In this document: one piece after another, positions 1 through 10,131 of the stretch | How the letters are laid out: the number at the start of each line of letters is the position of its first letter | Position numbering within the stretch: the stretch's first letter is position 1 | From: Bilabrum cf. latius | Taxonomy: Eukaryota | Reading direction: 5' to 3' | Assembly (NCBI GenBank): GCA_965178125.1 | Contig: OZ237747.1 | Location: 992,001-1,056,000, forward strand | Length of the DNA stretch: 64,000 nt | Position numbers and translations under genes: made by a program | Notes under the pieces: generated by a model | The model's input: the letters and a program-made list of their open reading frames with translations, nothing else | Told to the model about the DNA's origin: nothing | The model's database searches: none

Positions 1-734
1 CTTTCATAAAAATCGTAGTCCTCTGGCACTCGTTGGGCCGGGACGAAAGGTGCTGCTGCCGTTTCAAGAGACCATCGAAGTAGACTACTGCGGAGACAAC
101 TGCTTTGGTGCAACACCCACGAGCAGCTGCTTTGCCTATGCAGCACGCTTGTTGAAAGTGTGCAGAGCGGTGATGCGGACTGCCGTAACACCTGCCGACT
201 TGAAGCAGCCACATCTCGCATCCATGAGAACGAGAAGGTTCAACAAATTCATCTGACACTATGAATGTACACGCCACTTTCCCAATGCACGCGACTGGAT
301 GGCCCTATTCTCTTAGCTTGCACGCGCCGGTCCTGGCCGACCTGCCGTGCGCCCCATCTGTCCACCCGCCTGTTGGCCCTCTGCGCGCTGCTGGCCGTGC
401 AGCCCGCTGCCACTCGCGTCTCCCTCGTGCCTTGCACCTGGAGCCCCCATCCACCCGTTGTGTTCTCCCTGTTGACACCGCACTATCGTCGCCTGTGCCG
501 GTGTCCCCTCTGTTCTTCTCCACTTCCTGTCCTCCTGCGCCCACCTCATCTTCCAGCTCACCTCTGCTCCCCGTCGCTTCAATCCTGATGTCCGAGTACA
601 TATAACAGATAGCAGCCACAACAATCCATGGGCACCCAGCAGTCTGCTGGATGATAGCAGCCACAACGATCGTTCCCGGGATGATTGTGACGCGAGCGTT
701 GTAGGCGCGTCATCTGCACAACCGGAACCTGTCC

Positions 735-922
735 ACAACAGGACCACTACCCCCAGTCGATCAAATGAACAAGCCACCTGTCAACAACAGGGCCTCTACC
801 CCCAGTCGATCAAATGAACAAGCCACCTGCCAACAATAGGACCACTACCCCCAGTCAATCAAACGAACAAGCGACCTGCCAACAACAGGACCACTACCCC
901 CAGTCGATCAAATGAACAAGCC
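735..922. repeat. 49-bp tandem repeat, ~3.7 copies
   Basis: Unit ggaccactacccccagtcgatcaaatgaacaagccacctgtcaacaaca recurs at 741, 790, 839 and 888. Confidence 0.9.
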
Positions 923-1140
923 AACGAGGAACAGCACGGCCACAGCATGCCGTGCAAGACAGAGGAGAACGTTGTCGCACACGCATCATCACCAAATTAG
1001 ATGCTCTCCCAAGCCCCTCATTCGTACCCAGTATTGCCCGCTGTATCCCTCAGTGTAGCCACTCCGAAACATACTGGTCTTGCCACCAAACTCGTTTTGC
1101 AGCATACACACTCACCGCAAGCAACGTCGTGTAATGCAAG

Positions 1141-1288
1141 GTAAGACCGGAACTGTAGAAACTGGGATTGATTTGCGTGAAGGCCGACTCATCTTCCCGA
1201 GGGTACGCCGAAGATACTGATCTCGGCAGTGCTCAAGAAGACACGTACTACAATGTAGTGTAGTTCTGAGTCAGCTTGCAAAAGTTTT
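1141..1288 (+). repeat. Split direct repeat A1 (148 bp)
   Basis: gtaagaccggaactg...ttgcaaaagtttt is identical to 7156-7303. Confidence 0.95.
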
Positions 1289-1599
1289 AAAAGTTTTCGA
1301 GAGGCCTATCGGCTGGCTCCAAGGGCAATCGGGATGTGTTCGTCTCAGGTTGATCCCTATAAGGAAAAAGTAAACATAACCCATGTCAAACGCACGCTGG
1401 TATATGCACTTATTGCATAGTTGCTGCCAAAGGTCTGCTGCGAGTGCATTTCACCCGGCGCTGCTTCATAACGCACACGGCACGTCAAGGCACAACACTG
1501 CGCAACTCGACTTATGCTTGTATTGCATCCCAAAAACCATAGCAAGGCCGCTAGTGAATCGTAAATCAAGATTATTATTAACATTGTGTCGCAAACGGG

Positions 1600-4500
1600 G
1601 CCTGCCACTGGCCACCTTGCTGCTGTGGGCAGCTTGGCGAGCCTGGGTGGGTTGCTGCGCGTCGTCCATTTGACGTCCGCTTGCCTTTGTCTGTGATGGC
1701 GCCTTGATGCGCCTGCCACTGGCCGCCTTTGCTGCTGTGGGCAGCTTGGCGAGCCTGGGTGGGTTGCTGCGCGTTGTCCATTTGACGTCCGCTTGCTTTT
1801 GTCTGTGATGGCGCCTTGATGCGCCTGCCGCTGGCCGCCTTGCTGCTGTGGGCAGCTTGGCGAGCCTGGGTGGGTTGCTGCGCGTCGTCCATTTGACGTC
1901 CGCTTGTTTCTTCTTTGATGGCGCCTTGATGCGCCTGCCACTGGCCGCCTTTGCTGCTGTGGGCAGCTTGGCGAGCCTGGGTGGGTTGCTGCGCGTCGTC
2001 CATTTGACGTCCGCTTGCCTTTGTCTGTGATGGCGCCTTGATGCGCCTGCCACTGGCCACCTTGCTGCTGTGGGCAGCTTGGCGAGCCTGGGTGGGTTGC
2101 TGCGCGTCGTCCATTTGACGTCCGCTTGCCTTTGTCTGTGATGGCGCCTTGATGCGCCTGCCACTGGCCGCCTTGCTGCTGTGGGCAGCTTGGCGAGCCT
2201 GGGTGGGTTGCTGCGCGTCGTCCACTTGACGTCCGCTTGCCTTTGTCTGTGATGGCGCCTGACTGCGCCTGCCACTGGCCACCTTTGCTGCTGTGGGCAG
2301 CTTGGCGAGCCTGGGTGGGTTGCTGCGCGTCGTCCATTTGACGTCCGCTTGCCTTTGTCTGTGATGGCGCCTTGATGCGCCTGCCACTGGCCGCCTTTGC
2401 TGCTGTGGGCAGCTTGGCGAGCCTGGGTGGGTTGCTGCGCGTCGTCCATTTGACGTCCGCTTGCCTTTGTCTATGATGGCGCCTTGATGCGCCTGCCACT
2501 GGCCGCCTTTGCTGCTGTGGGCAGCTTGGCGAGCCTGGGTGGGTTGCTGCGCGTTGTCCATTTGGCGTCCGCTTGCCTTTGTCTGTGATGGCGCCTTGAT
2601 GCGCCTGCCGCTGGCCGCCTTGCTGCTGTGGGCAGCTTGGCGAGCCTGGGTGGGTTGCTGCGCGTCGTCCATTTGACGTCCGCTTGCCTTTGTCTGTGAT
2701 GGCGCCTTGATGCGCCTGCCACTGGCCGCCTTTGCTGCTGTGGGCAGCTTGGCGAGCCTGGGTGGGTTGCTGCGCGTCGTCCATTTGACGTCCGCTTGCC
2801 TTAGTTTGGGATGGCGCCTGACTGCGCCTGCCACTGGACGCCTTTGCTGCTGTGCGCAGCTTGGCGAGCCTGGGTGGGTTGCTGCGCGTCGTCCATTTGA
2901 CGTCCGCTTGCCTTTGTCAATGATGGCGCCTTGATGCGCCTGCCATTGGCCGCCTTTGCTGCTGTGGGCAGCTTGGCGAGCCTGGGTGGGTTGCTGCGCG
3001 TCGTCCATTTGGCGTCCGCTTGCCTTTGTCTATGATGGCGCCTTGATGCGCCTGCCACTGGCCGCCTTTGCTGCTGTGGGCAGCTTGGCGAGCCTGGGTG
3101 GGTTGCTGCGCGTCGTCCATTTGACGTCCGCTTGCCTTTGTCTGTGATGGCGCCTTGAAGCGTCTGCCATTGGCCACCTTGCTGCTGTGCGCAGCTTGGC
3201 GAGTCTGGGTGGGTTGCTGCGCGTCGTCCATTTGACGTCCGCTTGCCTTTGTCTGTGATGGCGCCTGACTGCGCCTGCCACTGGCCACCTTTGCTGCTGT
3301 GGGCAGCTTGGCGAGCCTGGGTGGGTTGCTGCGCATCGTCCATTTGACGTCCGCTTGCCTTTGTCTGTGATGGCGCCTGAATGCGCCTGCCACTGGACGC
3401 CTTTGCTGCTGTGGGCAGCTTGGCGAGCCTGGGTGGGTTGCTGCGCGTCGTCCATTTGACGTCCGCTTGCCTTTGTCTGTGATGGCGCCTGACTGCGCCT
3501 GCCACAGACCGCCTTTGCTGCTGTGCGCAGCTTGGCGAGCCTGGGTGGGTTGCTGCGCGTCGTCCATTTGACGTCCGCTTGCCTTTGTCTGTGATGGCGC
3601 CTTGAAGCGTCTGCCATTGGCCACCTTTGCTGCTGTGCGCAGCTTGGCGAGCCTGGGTGGGTTGCTGCGCGTCGTCCATATGACGTCCGCTTGCCTTTGT
3701 CTGTGATGGCGCCTGACTGCGCCTGCCACTGGCCACCTTTGCTGCTGTGGGCAGCTTGGCGAGCCTGGGTGGGTTGCTGCGCATCGTCCATTTGACGTCC
3801 GCTTGCCTTTGTCTGTGATGGCGCCTGAATGCGCCTGCCACTGGACGCCTTCGCTGCTGTGCGCAGCTTGGCGAGCCTGGGTGGGTTGCTGCGCGTCGTC
3901 CATTTGACGTCCGCTTGCCTTTGTCTGTGATGGCGCCTGACTGCGCCTGCCACTGGCCGCCTTTGCTGCTGTGCGCAGCTTGGCGAGCCTGGGTGGGTTG
4001 CTGCGCGTCGTCCATTTGACGTCCGCTTGCCTTTGTCTGTGATGGCGCCTTGATGCGCCTGCCACTGGACGCCTTCGCTGCTGTGCGCAGCTTGGCGAGC
4101 CTGGGTGGGTTGCTGCGCATCGTCCATTTGACGTCCGCTTGCCTTTGTCTGTGATGGCGCCTTGATGCGCCTGCCACTGGCCACCTTGCTGCTGTGGGCA
4201 GCTTGGCGAGCCTGGGTGGGTTGCTGCGCGTCGTCCATTTGACGTCCGCTTGCCTTTGTCTGTGATGGCGCCTTGATGCGCCTGCCACTGGCCGCCTTTG
4301 CTGCTGTGGGCAGCTTGGCGAGCCTGGGTGGGTTGCTGCGCGTCGTCCATTTGACGTCCGCTTGCCTTTGTCTGTGATGGCGCCTTGATGCGCCTGCCAC
4401 TGGCCACCTTTGCTGCTGTGGGCAGCTTGGCGAGCCTGGGTGGGTTGCTGCGCGTCGTCCATTTGACGTCCGCTTGCTTTTGTCTGTGATGGCGCCTTGA

Positions 4501-4686
4501 TGCGCCTGCCACTGGCCGCCTTTGCTGCTGTGGGCAGCTTGGCGAGCCTGGGTGGGTTGCTGCGCGTCGTCCATTTGACGTCCGCTTGCCTTTGTCTGTG
4601 ATGGCGCCTGAATGCGCCTGCCACTGGCCGCCTTTGCTGCTGTGGGCAGCTTGGCGAGCCTGGGTGGGTTGCTGCGAGTCGTCCAT
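1600..4686. repeat. 111/112-bp tandem satellite, ~27.5 copies
   Basis: Unit gcctgccactggccgcctttgctgctgtgggcagcttggcgagcctgggtgggttgctgcgcgtcgtccatttgacgtccgcttgcctttgtctgtgatggcgccttgatgc starts at 1600, 1711, 1823 and onward. Confidence 0.97.
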
Positions 4687-4727
4687 TGGATAACTTAAGG
4701 TTGTGTTACGATGCTCAACCGCGACAT

Positions 4728-5069
4728 CACTAGCCGCCAAGGAGGAGATGACCACCCCCAAGGCAGCCTGTGTGAGCAATTGCACCATATGCACCATGAA
4801 ACAGCTCGACCAGAAGGTCTTGTCATAGCGACAGCACTAGCTGCCAAGGAGGCGATGACCACCCCCAAGGCAGCCTGTGTGAGCAATTGCACCATATGCA
4901 CCATGAAACAGCTCGACCAGGATGTCTTGTCATAGCGACAGCACTAGCTGCCAAGGAGGAGATGACCATCCCCAATGCAGCCTGTGTGAGCAATTGCACC
5001 ATATGCACCATTGAACAGCTCGACCAGAAGGTCTTGTCATAGCGACAGCACTGGCGGCCAAGGAGGAGA
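4728..5069. repeat. 107-bp tandem repeat, left part (~3.2 copies)
   Basis: Unit cactagctgccaaggaggagatgaccacccccaaggcagcctgtgtgagcaattgcacc...gtcatagcgacag occurs at 4728, 4835, 4942 and 5049. Confidence 0.95.
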
Positions 5070-5886
5070 ACATCTACTAGCGGCGCGACGACAGCACCCC
5101 CAGCGCGAGGCGCAGAAGGGCCAGGTCACAGGGCAGCCGCGGTAGTAGGAAGCAGCACGAACATCAGCACCGACGTAGCAGCAGCAAGGCGGCAGAGTGC
5201 CTCCGACGTTCGCACTAGAAGGAGAGGTCCGACTAGGTCACGGCGAAGGGGGACTCATACTGCCTGTCAAATCCACGGGACCATCCCTTGATGCTAGAGT
5301 TAGCCTTGGGGGGACCCGGGAGGAGGCTTCGAGGAATTAGTCGTCCGCTGTAAAGCAGGCCACCCAGGAGCGAACTCTCGTAGCCCGTCAGGGAGCCAGA
5401 GCAGAGCACACCGAGAGGGCTATTGTGGAGCAACGTAGCGGCATGAACTCGCAGAGCAGCGCACTGAGGAGCATGCAAGTGCACAGTGGGGACAAACTGT
5501 ATTGGATGCAGCCAGCTACATTCTCAATCTGCACCACGCAGTGTTGTCCGGTGGCGGAGGTGTTGCACGTCTTACGCAAGTATGGCGCGCCTTTCCACTG
5601 GTACCTCGAGCCTGACGCAGCGATCAAGGCTCCACGAGACGGTGGGGACGCCGACTGGCACGAAGGTACCTCAACGCAATCAGCCCTGTTTACTGAGATT
5701 CGCAAGCAGGTTGAGGCAGGATTCATTCGAGTTACATCGACACCAGCAACATCAGATATGCCGAGAGCCTTGCTGGTCCGGAAGTACGCTTGGAAGCTCA
5801 GCCCCGGCGTGGGCATGCAGCGACGCATAGTACCAAGTGAATAGGCCAGGATCGTCGTGGATTTCTCGGGACTACGACCACATGCA
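5070..5886 (+). pseudogene. Truncated reverse-transcriptase (DIRS/Ngaro/LTR-type) N-terminal fragment
   Basis: The frame of ORF 5425-5844 reads ...FTEIRKQVEAGFIRV...RALLVRK...(TAG)ARIVVDFSGL, resembling the first RT motifs (EI..L...G.I; V.K; R.IVDF). It is truncated before YxDD. The whole 817 bp is open if TAG is sense. Confidence 0.65.
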
Positions 5887-6650
5887 AAGGAGGAGATGAC
5901 CACCCCCAAGGCAGCCTGTGTGAGCAATTGCACCATGTGCACCATGAAACAGCTCGACCAGAAGGTCTTGTCATAGCGACAGCACTAGCCGCCAAGGAGG
6001 AGATGACCACCCCCAAGGCAGCCTGTGTGAGCAATTGCACCATGTGCACCATTGGACAGCTCGACCAGGAGGTCTTGTCATAGCGACAGCACTAGCTGCC
6101 AAGGAGGAGATGACCATCCCCAAGGCAGCCTGTGTGAGCAATTGCACCATGTACACCATTGAACAGCTCGACCAGAAGGTCTTGTCATAGCGACAGCACT
6201 AGCTGCCAAGGAGGAGATGACAACCCCCAAGGCAGCCTGTGTGAGCAATTGCACCATGTACACCATTGAACAGCTCGACCAGGAGGTCTTGTCATAGCGA
6301 CAGCACTAGCTGCCAAGGAGGAGATGACCACCCCCAAGGCAGCCTGTGTGAGCAATTGCACCATGTACACCATTGAACAGCTCGACCAGGAGGTCTTGTC
6401 ATAGTAACAGCACTAGCTGCCAAGGAGGAGATGCCCATCCCCAAGGCAGCCTGTGTGAGCAATTGCACCATTTGCAGGGACGCAGCTCGACAACAGAGTT
6501 TTGTAAGTTCCGGATGAACAGCACTAGCAACGACAGGACAAAATGAGCAGCACCATATGCACCATTTGTAAGCTAGACTGGGAGGTCCTGTCGAATGGAT
6601 AGCACTAACAACGACGAAAGCGATGATCACTCCCGCAGCAACCTGTGTAC
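5887..6650. repeat. 107-bp tandem repeat, right part (~5.5 copies plus degenerate copies)
   Basis: The same unit as 4728-5069 resumes at aaggaggagatgacc (5887). It is conserved to ~6471, with degenerate copies to ~6650. Confidence 0.92.
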
Positions 6651-6978
6651 TTGAATGCATCTTAGGCACCAGTATTAAGCTCGGCGAGGATTTCGTATAT
6701 AATTGACATCTCTGGTTGCGATCAACGACTAGGCTCATCGGTGGTACGGTGAATGCTGCAGATCAGCCACCATAACCTGACAGTTCAACACAACAGTCGA
6801 TGCAAGTGGCTCCACGGTGGTCACCACCGACAGATGACTACCACTAGTGGCAAGCAAAGCGGACAGCAGCCATCGTGGCGACTATATCCAAGGAGCGGAT
6901 TAATGTGACCCACAGGTCAGTATGCGTAGGGCGGCAAGCCGCAGTGGCCACAGGTGGCCAAATCTGCGGGTCAGTACG

Positions 6979-7131
6979 GCGCAGGCTGCACCAGCAGCCG
7001 GGTCCCCTTGTGGCGCCACGGGTGGTCAACCGCCCGAGGAGCCGGGGCCCAGCACGCCCTCGCATTTTCTAGCAACCCTAACCGGAGGTTCTAGAACTGA
7101 TTCGATGTAACGTACAAATCAATGTCAGTTT
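6979..7131 (+). repeat. Split direct repeat B1 (153 bp)
   Basis: gcgcaggctgcaccagcagcc...aatgtcagttt is identical to 7859-8011. Confidence 0.95.
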
Positions 7132-7155
7132 TTAGCAGGTCTGGGGTTACAATCA

Positions 7156-7303
7156 GTAAGACCGGAACTGTAGAAACTGGGATTGATTTGCGTGAAGGCC
7201 GACTCATCTTCCCGAGGGTACGCCGAAGATACTGATCTCGGCAGTGCTCAAGAAGACACGTACTACAATGTAGTGTAGTTCTGAGTCAGCTTGCAAAAGT
7301 TTT
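7156..7303 (+). repeat. Split direct repeat A2 (148 bp)
   Basis: Identical to 1141-1288. Confidence 0.95.
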
Positions 7304-7858
7304 CCCGCCCACCCGCAAAGTGTAGAGGAAGTGCAGAGAGGAGTGTCATGACTCAAGTCCCTGAATGATGGGGCAAAGAGCCCACGCGTACCACAGCAAT
7401 TTGGAGCGCGAGGACAGCCCAGGGCCTGCGATTTGGCGCAACGATAGCGCATATCTTGCAGGGCAGGGATCATGACTCAACACCCAGAGGTACAGGGGTC
7501 GCCACCGGACACCGAAGGGCGGCACCCAGGATCGCGCGTGAGTTTGTCGGCATCCTCAGCCAACAAATCACACCGCGGGACAGTCAGCAGAAGACGGGGT
7601 CGTCATCTCAACGAGAGGGCGGCACCCAGGCATGGATAGTTTTCTTCCGGAACATTTTCGGTCTTTATAGTCCAGGCCATGCAGACACTCTGAGGGATTT
7701 GGATGTAGGGGTCGTCACCTCACTGAGAGGGCGGCACCGAGCTCGGGTGACTTTTCCCAGCCACTGGCTGGGTGTTTAGATCTTCGAGCGCATCTGCTTA
7801 CATTGTATGATTGAATGATACCTCCGGTGGGTAGGCACTTTGCTTACCCGCGTCAGGC

Positions 7859-8011
7859 GCGCAGGCTGCACCAGCAGCCGGGTCCCCTTGTGGCGCCACG
7901 GGTGGTCAACCGCCCGAGGAGCCGGGGCCCAGCACGCCCTCGCATTTTCTAGCAACCCTAACCGGAGGTTCTAGAACTGATTCGATGTAACGTACAAATC
8001 AATGTCAGTTT
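7859..8011 (+). repeat. Split direct repeat B2 (153 bp)
   Basis: Identical to 6979-7131. Confidence 0.95.
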
Positions 8012-8046
8012 ATGCAAGCGCACCTGTTGTTCGGTTCAAGCGGCCC

Positions 8047-8907
8047 TCAGCTGGACCCATTCTTCTCCTTTTTACCACCTTTAGCCTCTCGATTCTGACC
8101 CAGCCGCATCAGCGAGTTCGACACTGCCGCACCCCCCGACCCAGCCTCACCCCTTCCTTCACAAGCACCCTCACTGCCAGTCGCCTGCCCCTCCCACGCC
8201 TCCTACAGCACAGCCACACACCTCCCATGACCCCCCACACGAGCCGCCTCCATTGGACTCAGCAGCCGCACCGCTGCTGCTCCCCATGCACCAGACCCCG
8301 CACGGCCCGCCCGGGTCAGCCCACCCGCCAGCTTGCCCAGCCTCAGCCTCTTCTCCAGCTCCATGGGCCTGCCCTCGCTCGCCGCCCGGAACACCATGCT
8401 TGCGTCCCTGTGGGCCTCATGGGCCCGCCTCCAGCGGATGACTGCATCGGCCCGGCGAGGGTCCAGGCCTTTCACAGGATCCAGCACGGCGTCAGGTGCG
8501 ATCTTGAAGAGCCTCCGCAGGATGTGGCGCGGGTTGTCCTTGATCAGTGCAGCGAGCAAATGCCCGAAGCCACGATCGTCGAAATCCTTGCGACAGATTT
8601 CAGTGTCATCGTCATCCCCAATCCTACGATGCAATCCATAAGATAGACCATTGGACCACGTTTTAGTCCCAGGAAACTTATCCACTGCCTGCCTCCATTG
8701 ATCTTGGCCCCAACGCAGCAGCAAGGCAGCTCCAGAAGGGTTGCCGAAATATCCCGCATCATACCCTGCGACATACCAAGGATTCGAAGGCGTCTTGCGC
8801 TCCCTGAATGATCTCTCCCAATCGATCTTCTGCCACGGATCGTTTCCAGCTCCCGCAAGCAGAAGATGCCAAGCGCACTCCAGGCTGAAGCAGGCCACCG
8901 GTCGCAT
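8047..8907 (-). CDS. Protein with C-terminal ankyrin-like repeats, copy 1 (~286 aa; start uncertain)
   Basis: VFRAASEGRPMELEKRL...LSPMEAARVGGHGRCVAVL(TAG)EAW resembles ankyrin repeats. It reads through TAG 8203 to TGA 8047. The start was placed at MRPVAC because a 7-bp insertion in copy 3 breaks the frame upstream. Confidence 0.6.
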
Positions 8908-9829
8908 GCTGAATGCAAGGGCCCATTCCAGCGGCTGCGAGAAGCACCAATAACAAATCCAACACTCATCGTGATTCAATGGAGCACGGATCAAACCTAG
9001 GATATTGGTCGGACGGCAGCCAGTTACAAATGCCTCACGTGTGCAACTGCCGATGGATGTCGAAGCAGCTTGCCGAGCAGCCCAACACTGTCGCATGCCA
9101 CGATGCATTCCAGACATGAGTGTACCTGAGTGCATGGATATCACATTCCACAACATACGGATGGAGCCAATCTATGCAACGGAAAGCGATCCACTCAGTC
9201 TACAGCGTGATTCTCACTATCAACCTACACACATCGCCATTCGGTGCAGTCAAGCGCGCTTGCACCCGAAGCAAGACGCCACAACCGCTCCACCCAGCCA
9301 GAAGAGCGGCATTCTCGTACAGCTGCTGCTCGGCCACATCGACCTTGCCCGCAGCGATTGCAGAAGCGAACTGAACAGCGGCTTGCTACACCCTCCTGCA
9401 AGAGTGCTACGCGAGTGCCAAAGCAGCCGCTGGTATCATCGACATGGCATGTCAAGCTGATCTCAGACAAGGGGGCAAACTCACGATCGAAGCTCTTGGC
9501 TGAAGGGCGTTCGCATGCCGTGATCTCGCAAGTATTGCTGACCCTGTCCCTCTCTGCGCCTCTGCAGCAAGGACGAATACAGCCTGCATGGAGTCATGGG
9601 GATCAATGATAACGTACGAATCGATCCATCGAAGCTGGAGTCCAAGGTTAGCCCAGCTCTATCTAGTCTGCTCCGCTGAAATCCTCCGATCCTCCGGAGG
9701 GCTTGCAGTGCCCTGCATCTCCGCGTGCAAGGCAGAGCCGCTGAGGAAGCGCACTGGACAGAGAGCTCGGATGAGCCATCAAGTCGTGGGCGTGGCAGAT
9801 ATGAAGGCGATGGGGGAAGACATGTGGAC

Positions 9830-9990
9830 AAAGGGGAGGAGGAAAGGAAGCGCTGGGGTGGTGGCACCCACTGGCAGGGAGAAATCGGGAGACGGGAGGA
9901 CAAGGTGGAGGAGGAAGAAGAAGCACCACTAGCACTGGGGTGGTGGCACCCACTGGCAGGGAGGAATCGGGAGACGGGTGGACAGACGAG
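9830..9990. repeat. Short ~66-bp tandem repeat in the intergenic part of the 6.17-kb unit
   Basis: ggggtggtggcacccactggcagggagaaatcgggagacggg is repeated. A related array with a different arrangement lies at ~15990-16160. Confidence 0.75.
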
Positions 9991-10131
9991 GAGAGTAAGC
10001 GTTTCCCCCATCCAGATGCCGTCAACAGAAGGATCGACAGTCACAGGCAAATCGGGCGCGATGCTACAGACGCAGGCGCCAATGGAGCCAGGCGGGGCAC
10101 TTCGAGCATTACGAGCCGTGTGCACCCAAGG

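Larger units (their letters stand above)
1141..8011 (+). mobile_element. Non-autonomous split-direct-repeat retroelement (TOC1/PAT/Ngaro-like tyrosine-recombinase class architecture)
   Basis: Layout is A1 (1141-1288)...B1 (6979-7131), 24 bp, A2 (7156-7303), ~555 bp, B2 (7859-8011). ATGCAAG flanks it at 1134-1140 and 8012-8018. The interior holds tandem arrays and an RT fragment; no intact RT/RNaseH/YR ORF was seen. Confidence 0.75.

Noticed and set aside
1-700. Short ORFs at the window start
   Set aside because: They have no recognisable motifs and may be truncated by the window edge.
1357-4797. Long minus-strand ORFs (475-626 aa) in all three frames
   Set aside because: They are a by-product of a stop-poor 111/112-bp satellite, and the frames shuffle with 1-bp unit differences.
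735-6650. CRISPR-like appearance of the 49-, 112- and 107-bp arrays
   Set aside because: These are head-to-tail tandem units without unique spacers, there are no cas genes, and the context is eukaryotic.
1141-8011. Penelope-like element with a hammerhead ribozyme
   Set aside because: I found no CUGAnGA...GAAA core in the A repeat or the spacer by eye and no GIY-YIG ORF. This is not excluded without a covariance search.
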